IMG/VR virus record: IMGVR_UViG_3300043778_000098
Coordinates: 15,504-79,503 of that record
DNA from: a virus
Length of the DNA: 64,000 nt
Direction: 5' to 3' (one strand)
Positions 37,203-45,550 of this stretch are shown in pieces. The notes below the pieces were generated by a model. The model was given only the letters and a program-made list of their open reading frames with translations, searched no databases and had not been told where the DNA came from. Numbering within the stretch: position 1 is the first letter of the stretch; every line of letters starts with the position of its first letter. A program made the position numbers and the translations under genes.

Positions 37203-37598
37203 ATTGGCGGGCCCGCCCCTCCCGCGTACCGGGTAGGACGGGCCCGGCCTCCCGTCCCCCTCCGGCCGGCTGGCCCCCGATGCGAACAGGGGCGCGGCGA
37301 CACGATGGAGGAAGACGGAAGACTGTCTCCGTCGGCTCTGCGGCGTGGACCGGTTCATCCCACGGCGAGCCGGGGAAGTTCGTGCCGCACGAGCATGCAG
37401 AGCCGACGGAAGATCAAGCTGGCACGGTGCCCGGTACAGGAACGCCTTGCGGTGTCCCCAGCCTTTAGCGGCTGCTGCTCCCCGGGAGTAGCTGCATTGT
37501 CTTTCACCGTGCCTGCGGCGGGTTGGCTTCCCGCCGCGATGTTCCCGCTATTGAGGTTTCACGTAGCAGGCGCCGAGGCGCCGGGCCCGTAGGGCTTG

Positions 37599-37671
37599 CA
37601 GGGACGGAGGGACTCGAACCCCCGGCACGCAGGTTTGGAATCTGCTGTTCTGGCCTCTGAACTACGCCCCT
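37599..37671 (-). tRNA. tRNA-Trp(CCA)
   Basis: gcaga-ttCCAaa-cctgc. Confidence 0.85.
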
Positions 37672-37917
37672 ATGTGAAGTTGTCGGGTAAACGAAGGGAG
37701 CCGCCTGCGGTTTCCCGCCTGCGGCTCCCGGAGTGAGTCTGTCGTCTCTTACTCCCGGAACCGCCTGCGGCACGGCTGGCGCTTCCCGGCGCCCAGGATC
37801 GCGAAGGAGGGTATGCCTGAGGCGCTGGCCTCATGCCGTCCATCGGTCCTGCGCGCGTACCTGGTCACGGTTCCTGCTTCAACGATGTCCGCCTGCCGGG
37901 GATCCGGCTGGCATGGG

Positions 37918-38193
37918 TCAAACATAGCATCCGGGCGTGCGGGGTCGCAACGGATTTACAGGTTTTCTTGCTAACATCTGCGGGCCGTCCCTCTCGCCTA
38001 GCAGCCTGTCCACCTCCGACTTGCGGAAACGCCGGTGCCCTCCGGGGGTCCGGGTGGAGCCGATCCGCCCGGCCGCCGCCCATCGGGTCACGGTCTTGGG
38101 GTCCACCCTGAAGATCGCCGCCACCTCGGCGGAAGTGTAGAGAAGGTCGCCCTCGTCTCCCCGGACCGGGAGGGAAGGCGGGTTATAGGCCAT
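37918..38193 (-). CDS. bldC: BldC-family MerR-like DNA-binding protein
   Basis: LYTSAEVAAIFRVDPKTVTRWAAAGRIGSTRTPGGHRRF matches the BldC signature; SD AAGGAG. Confidence 0.85.
   Translation of the reverse strand: MAYNPPSLPVRGDEGDLLYTSAEVAAIFRVDPKTVTRWAAAGRIGSTRTPGGHRRFRKSEVDRLLGERDGPQMLARKPVNPLRPRTPGCYV
37921..37950 (-). promoter_or_regulatory. Housekeeping-sigma-like promoter for the tRNA array
   Basis: TTGCGA-N18-TATGTT with TG extension. Confidence 0.5.
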
Positions 38194-38284
38194 GAGCGCT
38201 CCTTACAGTGACATGCGGGAATCCCCTGGTCACGAGGGCTCAAAGTTGCTGACCAGGGTGAATGTCACCTTAACGGATCGCTGG

Positions 38285-38790
38285 CCAGTGCGAATCGAGG
38301 CCGCGCCAGTGCGGTCGAAGTGCGCTTCAAAGTGCGGAACACATGATCGATAAACCTCGATTGCCAGGGACAGTGCGGAAGTGCGCATGAAAACGCCCGA
38401 TTTCCCGAAAAGGATCAGGCGAAGGACGAGCGGTCATATACCGGGCAAACTACGCGAATCGGTCATCGCGAGGGAACCGGCCGCGTAGTGACTGATAGTA
38501 ATCTCATACTCACAAGTAACCGGCGGGGTCACCCGCGTAGCGATTTCGGCCAGTTTTAAGTGCACTTGCGCACTGTCCCTGCGTATAGGGCTTTTTCGAG
38601 TGGCAGTTCCGCACTTTGATCCGCACTGGGATGCGCACTCCGTCAGTGCGATCCGCACTGGGCCCGCGTATAGAGCTACCCCCTCCACTACATAAGTACT
38701 TATTAATTATTATTTTTAGAAAAATTAAGTTAGATAGTTAGGTTTTAAGGTTTATAAGTGCACTGCCTCGAAACCTATTTCCATCAATGT
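38285..38790. other. Candidate replication origin (iterons plus AT-rich tract)
   Basis: About 12 AGTGCG/CGCACT hexamers, then a roughly 65-bp near-pure AT tract at 38690-38757. Confidence 0.5.
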
Positions 38791-38852
38791 TACTGGTTGG
38801 TAGTCTACTGCCGAGTAACCTAGCGCGCGCAGAGGCACGCCCGGGAAGGGTC

Positions 38853-39479
38853 ATGGCGGCCCTCACCGAGACGCAGGAGATGACGATCTCCGCCCACCCC
38901 GACCGCCTCGTCATGCTGGTGGACGGCCTTCGCGGCCCCCGTGCCCGGCTGCTGGCCAACTACGCGGTCCGGGAGGCCAGGCGGGTGATGCCTAAGCTGA
39001 GCGGCGCCTCGGCCAGCCGCCTGTTTCCCCTCTACGGCAGCGGCTACTTCGGGATCGGCTGGCAGGACAGCTACGTCTGGTTCCAGGAGCAGGGCATCCG
39101 GGCGTTCACCATGTGGAGCCTGAAGGGCAAGACGATCCCGATGTGGGTCGACGACCCGACCGGCACCGAGCGGGAGAGGAACCCGAGGGCGCAGACCAGG
39201 GTCACCCTGTCGGGCAAGGTCCAGGTGCTGATCTTCCGCAAGGCGACCGCCCCGGGGGCGCCTGGCCGGATCGGGAAGCGGGAGACCGGGCGGCCCTGGA
39301 CCACCCCCGGGCGGCGGCCGGGGGCGATCGCCCGTGGCAACGTCGGGGTGAAGTGGCGCCATCCCGGCCTGGCCCCCCGCAGGTTCCTCAATCACGCCAT
39401 GGGGGCGGCGGCCCGCTGGGGCGGGATCGAGCCGGAGCGCATCTACGCGGCCGACCGCACGTGGAGGGCCAGGTTTTGA
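38853..39479 (+). CDS. Tail completion/neck-region protein
   Basis: First gene of the tail operon. Confidence 0.55.
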   Translation: MAALTETQEMTISAHPDRLVMLVDGLRGPRARLLANYAVREARRVMPKLSGASASRLFPLYGSGYFGIGWQDSYVWFQEQGIRAFTMWSLKGKTIPMWVDDPTGTERERNPRAQTRVTLSGKVQVLIFRKATAPGAPGRIGKRETGRPWTTPGRRPGAIARGNVGVKWRHPGLAPRRFLNHAMGAAARWGGIEPERIYAADRTWRARF

Positions 39480-39585
39480 CGGTACTCCAGCGGGGCGACC
39501 CCGCCGCTTGAGACTAGCGCCCGAAGGCGCCCGGCGGGGGCGCCCGGCACCGGCCTGCTGCCCCTGATCGTACCCCGGAAGGGTC

Positions 39586-40215
39586 GTGACCGGGTTCCTC
39601 CGCACGATCAAGACGACTGCCGTGCAGGCGGTCCAGCAGTCGTTCGAGATCAGCTACCCGGCTCCCGACCCCGAGGGCGGCGCCAAGGCCCCGTTCGTGT
39701 CGGTCGAGTACCCGGTGGAGGAGGCGCAGTACCCGGCGATCTGGGTGGACTACGAGGGCGCCGAGCTGCGGACGGTGGGGATCGCCTACACCGAGACGGA
39801 CGCCAGCGGGGCCGCCTACGCCCGGTGGCGGTTCGCCGGGCACGTCGCGTTCACGATCGTCGCCTTGTCCTCCAACGAGCGGGACCTGGTGTACGACCAG
39901 CTGCTGGGCCTGACCGCGTTCGCCGCCCAGTCGGAGTTCCCGTCGCGGTTCCGCCAGGTGGTGGAGGCCGCCCCGCTGGTCGCCTCGGTGTGGTCGTTCG
40001 ACGCGGTGGAGGACCGCCCGTCCTCGGCCGCGATGGGCACGCCGTGGGGCACCCTGGACGTCGTCTACGAGAGCGGGTTCGCCGTCCAGGTGATCGGCGA
40101 GTTCGTCAGCGACCCGTACAGCCAGGCCCTGGTGAGCCTCGCCGAGATCCAGGTGGTTGCCACGGCGGAGGGCTTCCCGGACGACACCTCGGTCATCGAC
40201 GTCACCGGCGGCTAG
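39586..40215 (+). CDS. Tail terminator-like protein
   Basis: VEYP...YPAIWVDY; located before the sheath gene. Confidence 0.55.
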   Translation: MTGFLRTIKTTAVQAVQQSFEISYPAPDPEGGAKAPFVSVEYPVEEAQYPAIWVDYEGAELRTVGIAYTETDASGAAYARWRFAGHVAFTIVALSSNERDLVYDQLLGLTAFAAQSEFPSRFRQVVEAAPLVASVWSFDAVEDRPSSAAMGTPWGTLDVVYESGFAVQVIGEFVSDPYSQALVSLAEIQVVATAEGFPDDTSVIDVTGG

Positions 40216-40255
40216 CAGCGTTGTCGGATACAGCTTTCCTTGGTATTGTTCGTTC

Positions 40256-40459
40256 ATGCCATACACGACCGTGAACGAGCAGTACGTGGACCTCGGCACC
40301 GACGGCGACCCGGAGTGCGGCGAGTCCGTCCTGGCCGATGCCGTGGACCTGGCCTCCGACCAGGGCCAGGTCACCTTCCTGCTCGACGAGCGCGGCAGGC
40401 GGATCGCCGCCGTCGTCCCTGTCGAGTTCGCCGAGCGGGCCCTGGCGCTGGAGGGCTAG
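40256..40459 (+). CDS. Phd/YefM-like small protein, leaderless
   Basis: TFLLDERGRRIAAVVPVE; TATTGT-N6-ATG. Confidence 0.55.
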   Translation: MPYTTVNEQYVDLGTDGDPECGESVLADAVDLASDQGQVTFLLDERGRRIAAVVPVEFAERALALEG

Positions 40460-40523
40460 CCAGAGTCTTACCCCCGCCTGCTGGCGGCGCCCCCGGAAGG
40501 ATTGACCGGAGGGATGCCAGCGC

Positions 40524-42062
40524 ATGACGATTCCGTCTTTCACGTCCTACCAGCAGCCGGGCGTCTACGTTCAGGACGTCTCGACGCCGATCGTCACGAC
40601 GCCGCTGGTGCCGTCGCAGACCCTGACGCTGGTCGGCCTGGCGCAGGGGTACCGCACGGCCGTCCAGTCGCTGCTGCTGTACTACGCCACCGCGACCCCG
40701 CTGACCTACATGGGCGTCTTCACCACCGAGCAGAGCGGGCCGCCCGTCATCGCCGCCCCGGTGGTCACCACCCTGGCCGGCACCGTCCTGACGGCGGGCA
40801 TCGACTACACGCTCTCCACCGTGGCGGACCCCTCGGGCAACCCCGGCCTGGCGGTGACGAGCATCAGCCGGGTGAGCACCAGCTCCAACGTCTCCGACGG
40901 CCAGCAGGTGCAGGTCGTCTACAACTACGCCGACGCGGGGTACTTCCTGCCGCAGGTATTCACCGACTCCCAGTCGGTGATCAACGCCTACGGGCAGCCG
41001 TTCCTCTCGACGGCGCCCGCCTCCCCGACGGCCTCCCAGGTCGCCAACCCGCTGTCGGCGGCGGCCCAGGTGGCGTTCACCAACGGGGCGACCACGCTGG
41101 TCTGCGTGGCGCTCAACCCGGCCGACGGGACGCTCACCGAGCAGCTCAACTCGGCCTACGCCAAGATCGCCACCAACCCGGCCTGCACGATCGTCGTCCC
41201 GGCGCTCACCGACTCGCTGACCCCGGAGTCGGGCACGGCGGCGGCCTACGCCCAGGAGCTGGCGCAGGCGCTGAGCGCCGCCATGTGGGCGGCCTACAAC
41301 GACGGCTTCCCCCGCGTCGGGTTCTTCGGCCTGCCCGTCAACTACAGCGAGTCGAGCCTGCCGGTGCCGTCGCTGGCCAGCAGCATCGCGAGCCGCAGGC
41401 TGGTGCTCGCCTACCCCGAGATCGCCCTGCTCTACAACAGCGCCGCCAACCAGACCTTCCAGGCGTCGGGCCAGTACCTGGCGGCGGCGCTCGGCGCCCG
41501 CCTGTCGTCGCTGCCGGTCGACACCGGCCTGACGAGCCAGGTGCTGAGCGGGTTCGCCGGGCTCCCGGCGGCCGAGACGGCGGCGATGACCAACGCGTTC
41601 ATGAACTCCCTGGCCAGCGCCGGGGTGGCGGTCTGCTACGTCAACTACCAGGGGGCGCTGGTCTGCCGCCAGGGCCTCACCACCGACATGAGCGCCCTGA
41701 ACTACCAGGAGGTCTCGATCGTCCGGCAGTCGGACGCGCTGCTGACGGCGGTGAGCCAGGGCCTCCAGGCCAGCGGCCTGATCGGCTCGCCGATCACCGG
41801 CAGCACGGTCAGCGCGGTGCAGGAGGCCGTCCTCGGGATCCTGGAGGCGGCGGTCTCCAACGGGGTCATCGTCAGCTACACGAACCTGACGGTGACGCAG
41901 CAGAGCTACCCGGGCGGTTCGCCCACGGTCATCTCGGTCACGTACTCGTACCTGCCCGCGCTGCCGCTGAACTTCATCACGGTGCAGCAGAGCGTCGACC
42001 TGTCGACCGGCCTGGTCGCCTCCACGACGTCCACCCAGAACGCGAGCGGCACGGGGACCTAG
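40524..42062 (+). CDS. Tail sheath protein
   Basis: YQQPGVYV N-terminus; YLPALPLNFI C-terminus. Confidence 0.9.
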   Translation: MTIPSFTSYQQPGVYVQDVSTPIVTTPLVPSQTLTLVGLAQGYRTAVQSLLLYYATATPLTYMGVFTTEQSGPPVIAAPVVTTLAGTVLTAGIDYTLSTVADPSGNPGLAVTSISRVSTSSNVSDGQQVQVVYNYADAGYFLPQVFTDSQSVINAYGQPFLSTAPASPTASQVANPLSAAAQVAFTNGATTLVCVALNPADGTLTEQLNSAYAKIATNPACTIVVPALTDSLTPESGTAAAYAQELAQALSAAMWAAYNDGFPRVGFFGLPVNYSESSLPVPSLASSIASRRLVLAYPEIALLYNSAANQTFQASGQYLAAALGARLSSLPVDTGLTSQVLSGFAGLPAAETAAMTNAFMNSLASAGVAVCYVNYQGALVCRQGLTTDMSALNYQEVSIVRQSDALLTAVSQGLQASGLIGSPITGSTVSAVQEAVLGILEAAVSNGVIVSYTNLTVTQQSYPGGSPTVISVTYSYLPALPLNFITVQQSVDLSTGLVASTTSTQNASGTGT

Positions 42063-42811
42063 CTAGGCGACCTGGAGGCTCGGCGCGGAATTGTCTTCCC
42101 CTTGATGGCGCTTCCGTTCCGGGCCTTCACGACGGGAGGGGCGATCTGGTTGAGGTGCTTCCAGGTCCGCCCCGTGATTGCCCACCGGAGGACGGTCTCG
42201 CTGACCACGCCGCCGAGAGTTTGGTGCACCTCCCATGTCATTTTGCCGTCGCGGGCCAGCCTGCGCGCCTCGATGACGAGTTCATCCGTCAGCTTGGCCT
42301 GGGCGTTCTTCGCGCCGTTCTGCTGACGCGTCCGGCTTCTGCCTCTCAGCGACTTGTCCCTCATGTTCTCGGCGTGAGTTCCGTCGTACAGGTGCTTTGG
42401 TCTTGAGCAGGGAGGATTATCGCAGTGGTGGTTCCCCTGGTTCGCGGGGAGACAGCCGTCTGTGAGGAACATCGCCACGACGCTGGATGCGGATACCGTG
42501 CTCTGCTCCGTCCTCGGGTGGTTCCAACGGAACGATCCGTAGTTGTCCGGCTCCGGGCTTCTTGCTCCCCGCCATTCCCAGCATGAGTCTTCGTCGTCGG
42601 TGATCCCCACTTTGGCCCAGAAGCGGAACTCCAGGTCGTCCAGGTCCAGAGGGCACTCTGACCGAAGTCTGTCCCTAGTCTCCTTGGCCCTTACTCGAAG
42701 CTCTCTGAGCTGTTTCCACAGATCGGTGATCTGGTCTTCGATTTCTTCTAGCTCTCCGAGCCCCGGAAGCCATGAGGCAAGCATTCGCAGCTGTTCATCG
42801 GTGTACGCCAT
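42059..42811 (-). CDS. HNH endonuclease, leaderless
   Basis: RFWAKV...CWEWRG...HHCDNPPCSRPKHLYDGTHAEN; TATACT-N6-ATG. Confidence 0.9.
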   Translation of the reverse strand: MAYTDEQLRMLASWLPGLGELEEIEDQITDLWKQLRELRVRAKETRDRLRSECPLDLDDLEFRFWAKVGITDDEDSCWEWRGARSPEPDNYGSFRWNHPRTEQSTVSASSVVAMFLTDGCLPANQGNHHCDNPPCSRPKHLYDGTHAENMRDKSLRGRSRTRQQNGAKNAQAKLTDELVIEARRLARDGKMTWEVHQTLGGVVSETVLRWAITGRTWKHLNQIAPPVVKARNGSAIKGKTIPRRASRSPS

Positions 42812-42826
42812 GAGAACAGTATAGCC

Positions 42827-42852
42827 GTCATAACACTGGCTCGTGTTATGAC
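42827..42852. repeat. Perfect 10-bp inverted repeat
   Basis: gtcataacac-N6-gtgttatgac just before the tube gene RBS. Confidence 0.7.
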
Positions 42853-42873
42853 ATCAGGAGGTGAGATTTCTAA

Positions 42874-43419
42874 ATGGCCACGACAAAAGCACGCGTCGTG
42901 GGCTCTTTAGGAGCCTAGTCTGGTTATACAGTTCTATCGTACAACGCATCTCCCATTGCCTACTGCGAGGGGTGGGAAGATAGTGGTCAGAGAGCTTTTT
43001 CGGACGTAGGACAGCCCTACCAGTTCATCCAGCCCATTGGTGCCGAACACCCGGTCGAGATCGCGACCTCCCGCGTGATCTCGGGCGGCACCATCATGAT
43101 CACCATCCGGGAGCTGTGGTCGCAGCCGGTGTGGTGGCAGATGGCGGGCCTGGCCGGGACGTGGAACATGGTGGACATCTTCAACGCCCTGGCCGCCAAC
43201 CCGAACTACGTCACGGCGAGCATGATCATCAAGCCGCCCGGGACGGAGAGCAAGCCGTCGATGTGGCGCGGCAAGGTCTACCAGAACGTCACCGTGGTCG
43301 ACATCAACGACGGCGAGACAGTGACGGTGGGCGCGCTCGCCGTCACCAAGGGCATCACCGTCGCGTACACGCATTACCTGCCGCTTAATTCAAATCAGTA
43401 CGCGACGGCATCAGGATGA
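42874..43419 (+). CDS. Tail tube protein, interrupted by an in-frame TAG (recoding predicted)
   Basis: SD AGGAGG then MATTKARVVGS-LGA*-SGYTVLSYN...QPIGAEHPVEIAT...RELW; position after the sheath gene. Confidence 0.8.
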
Positions 43420-43502
43420 CCTTTATTAGCTAGGAACCTTGCATTCGTTTATCACAATGACATATATTCCCCTCTGTCGGGAAAAGCCCGCAGAGGAGGA
43501 TC

Positions 43503-43862
43503 ATGGCCCAGAAAGTGCAGTTTGAGTTGATCAGCGACCTGGCGCTGGCCCAGGACCCGGAGAGCAGGGCCCCAGCCGCCCGCACCGTCAGCTTCTCCAT
43601 CGACGGGGAGTCCTACGAAATCGACCTCAGCGAGGGGGAGGCCCAGGAGCTGGAGGAGAAGCTCGCCCCCTACATGATCGCCGGGCGCAGGAGGGGGCGG
43701 GCCGGGGGCACGCGGGCCAGGACCGCGCTGAAGGCCGCGAGGAAGTCCGTGGACACCGTGGCGGTGCGCGACTGGGCGCGCGAGAACGGCATCGAGGTCA
43801 AGGACCGGGGCCGGGTGCCCGCCGACGTGGTGGCCAGGTACGAGGCCGCGCAGCGCGCCTAG
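43503..43862 (+). CDS. lsr2: Lsr2 nucleoid-associated protein
   Basis: MAQKV...TVSFSIDGESYEIDLS...VRDWARENGIEVKDRGRVPA. Confidence 0.95.
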   Translation: MAQKVQFELISDLALAQDPESRAPAARTVSFSIDGESYEIDLSEGEAQELEEKLAPYMIAGRRRGRAGGTRARTALKAARKSVDTVAVRDWARENGIEVKDRGRVPADVVARYEAAQRA

Positions 43863-43915
43863 CCCTGCCGCTCCCCCGGGAAGGTAAGGACACCAAGCCT
43901 TCCCGAGGAGCAGCC

Positions 43916-44233
43916 TTGACCACTCCGCCCGCCCCCACCGTTACCGTCAGCGCCGACCAGGCCAGCTACGCGGTCGGCGACGCCATCACCGTGACCGTGG
44001 ACTACACGGACCCGGGCAACCCGGGCACCACCCTGACCGTTACCGCGACGGTCACCAACTCGGACGGCACTACCTCGTCCGGCACCGCCGAGGTCCAGGT
44101 GGGCGCCACCCCCGCCGTCGCCCTCCCCGTCGCCGTCACCGACTCCTTCGGCGACGTCTACACGCAGTCCTCGAACACCCCGGGCACCGCCGTCTTCACC
44201 TCCACGGTCGGCCCGATCCCCGCCGGGGCGTGA
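43916..44233 (+). CDS. Small Ig-like virion protein
   Basis: SD GAGGAG plus TTG start; Thr/Val-rich. Confidence 0.55.
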   Translation: MTTPPAPTVTVSADQASYAVGDAITVTVDYTDPGNPGTTLTVTATVTNSDGTTSSGTAEVQVGATPAVALPVAVTDSFGDVYTQSSNTPGTAVFTSTVGPIPAGA

Positions 44234-44397
44234 TCCTCCAGATCGACGTCACCGTCACCGGGCCCGGCTGGGTCGCCGCCGGGTCCGTGGCGGTCGACGT
44301 CACCGACCCGGCGGCCCAGGCGGAGAGGCCCCTGGACGAGAACGCCCGGATGAGGGACCGCTCGCGCCAGCAGCGGTGGGGGGTGAACAGGGCGTGA
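44230..44397 (+). CDS. Small hypothetical protein
   Basis: GTGA overlaps at both ends. Confidence 0.4.
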   Translation: MILQIDVTVTGPGWVAAGSVAVDVTDPAAQAERPLDENARMRDRSRQQRWGVNRA

Positions 44398-44534
44398 ACG
44401 TAGTGGTCAAGGCCAAGGTCGAGGCGGACGGCTCCGTCGTCTGCGATATCGACTGCGACGGCCAGAAGGCCGTCGTCGCCTTCGCGGGCGGCGACGTCAC
44501 CCTGACCGTTCCCGAATCGGGCGGCGGCCGGTGA
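44394..44534 (+). CDS. Small hypothetical protein
   Basis: GTGA overlaps at both ends. Confidence 0.4.
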   Translation: MNVVVKAKVEADGSVVCDIDCDGQKAVVAFAGGDVTLTVPESGGGR

Positions 44535-45070
44535 CGATTCCCTCAGACGAGGGCCTTCCCGACGAGGCTTCCCCTGCGGGGACGAGCGGCACCGGCGACA
44601 ACCCGTGGGTGCTGCACGTTGACGACTTCGACGACGCGAACTGGCGCGTCGACCTCACCGGGCTGCTCGCCCTCGGCTGCCTGTCCGGCTGGTTCGACTG
44701 GTGCGGCCACCGCATCGCGATCAGGACACTCACCACGGACGAGGAGCTGATCGTCGCCCAGCTCATCCGCGAGTACGAGGGCGGCCTCGGCTCGGCCAAG
44801 GCGTACGCCACGGCCGTGGCCGGCATCTGCGTCGAGTCGATCGACCACCAGCCGATGCCCGTGCCCCTCGGCGAGCACCCGAACAAGCCCTACCAGTGGG
44901 CCCTTCAGCGCTTCAACTACGCCCGGCGCTGGTACCCGCCGACGATCGACGCCATCTTCGACGCCTACCTCCAGATGGAGATCAGGCAGAAGGCGGTGAT
45001 CACTGGACTGGGAAAAGCGTCCTCCCAGGGGGAGAGTGCGACCCCTGGGTTGAGCGCCAGCTCCGGGTAG
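44531..45070 (+). CDS. Tail assembly chaperone (G)
   Basis: Before the tape measure gene; IRTLTTDEEL; slippery GGGAAAA near the end. Confidence 0.75.
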   Translation: MTIPSDEGLPDEASPAGTSGTGDNPWVLHVDDFDDANWRVDLTGLLALGCLSGWFDWCGHRIAIRTLTTDEELIVAQLIREYEGGLGSAKAYATAVAGICVESIDHQPMPVPLGEHPNKPYQWALQRFNYARRWYPPTIDAIFDAYLQMEIRQKAVITGLGKASSQGESATPGLSASSG

Positions 45071-45447
45071 CCGAGCGCGGCGGCCTCTTGGCCGGCTCGT
45101 TCCGGTCGCCGGTCGCGGTCCTCGCGCTGGAGATCCTGCACTTCCTCGACGGCGTGGCCGAGAGCCGGCGGCGCCGCGACATGGCGCTGTCGGCGGCCGT
45201 CTTCTCCGGCGCGATCACGGCGGCGGCCGCGTGGCCGGACTTCTTCGCCGGGGACGGCGGGGACTCGGGCGCCTTCCCGTCCAGGGACGCCGACATGACG
45301 GAGTTCGAGCTGGAGGAGGCCACGCCGGAGTCCTTCGCGGCCGACCTGGACGCGATCCTGGCCGCGAACAGGCGGGTCACGGTGCGAGAGGCGGAGGCTC
45401 CCGTCTTCCGGCCGCCGGGATATATCCCGCATCCCGAGTGGACCTGA
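45010..45447 (+). CDS. Tail assembly chaperone -1 frameshift extension (GT)
   Basis: G GGA AAA at 45010-45016 leads into the open -1 frame. Confidence 0.7.
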   Translation, partial: GKSVLPGGECDPWVERQLRVAERGGLLAGSFRSPVAVLALEILHFLDGVAESRRRRDMALSAAVFSGAITAAAAWPDFFAGDGGDSGAFPSRDADMTEFELEEATPESFAADLDAILAANRRVTVREAEAPVFRPPGYIPHPEWT

Positions 45448-45550
45448 GGGAAATCTCCCGATCGCCGTGGGGCCGGCGCCCTCCCGGCACCTATAAGCCG
45501 TTCGGCGGCGCATCTAAAATTCCCGCCACGGAAGCCGTGGGAGGAAGCTC

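Noticed and set aside
30500-37700. CRISPR array or tmRNA
   Set aside because: Recurring ttcgaa words are T loops; no constant repeat-spacer pattern and no tag ORF with a tRNA-Ala-like domain recognised
30580-37930. Numerous ORFs across the tRNA array
   Set aside because: They overlap tRNAs and are GC-rich shadow ORFs; only 33747-34016 (and perhaps 33091-33237) look coding
42916-42918. Genome-wide TAG reassignment
   Set aside because: TAG terminates many genes normally (e.g. 2950, 42062, 43862) and no CTA tRNA was found
43075-43419. ORF-track call as the complete tube gene
   Set aside because: No SD, and the upstream in-frame sequence back to 42874 is tube-like with a strong RBS
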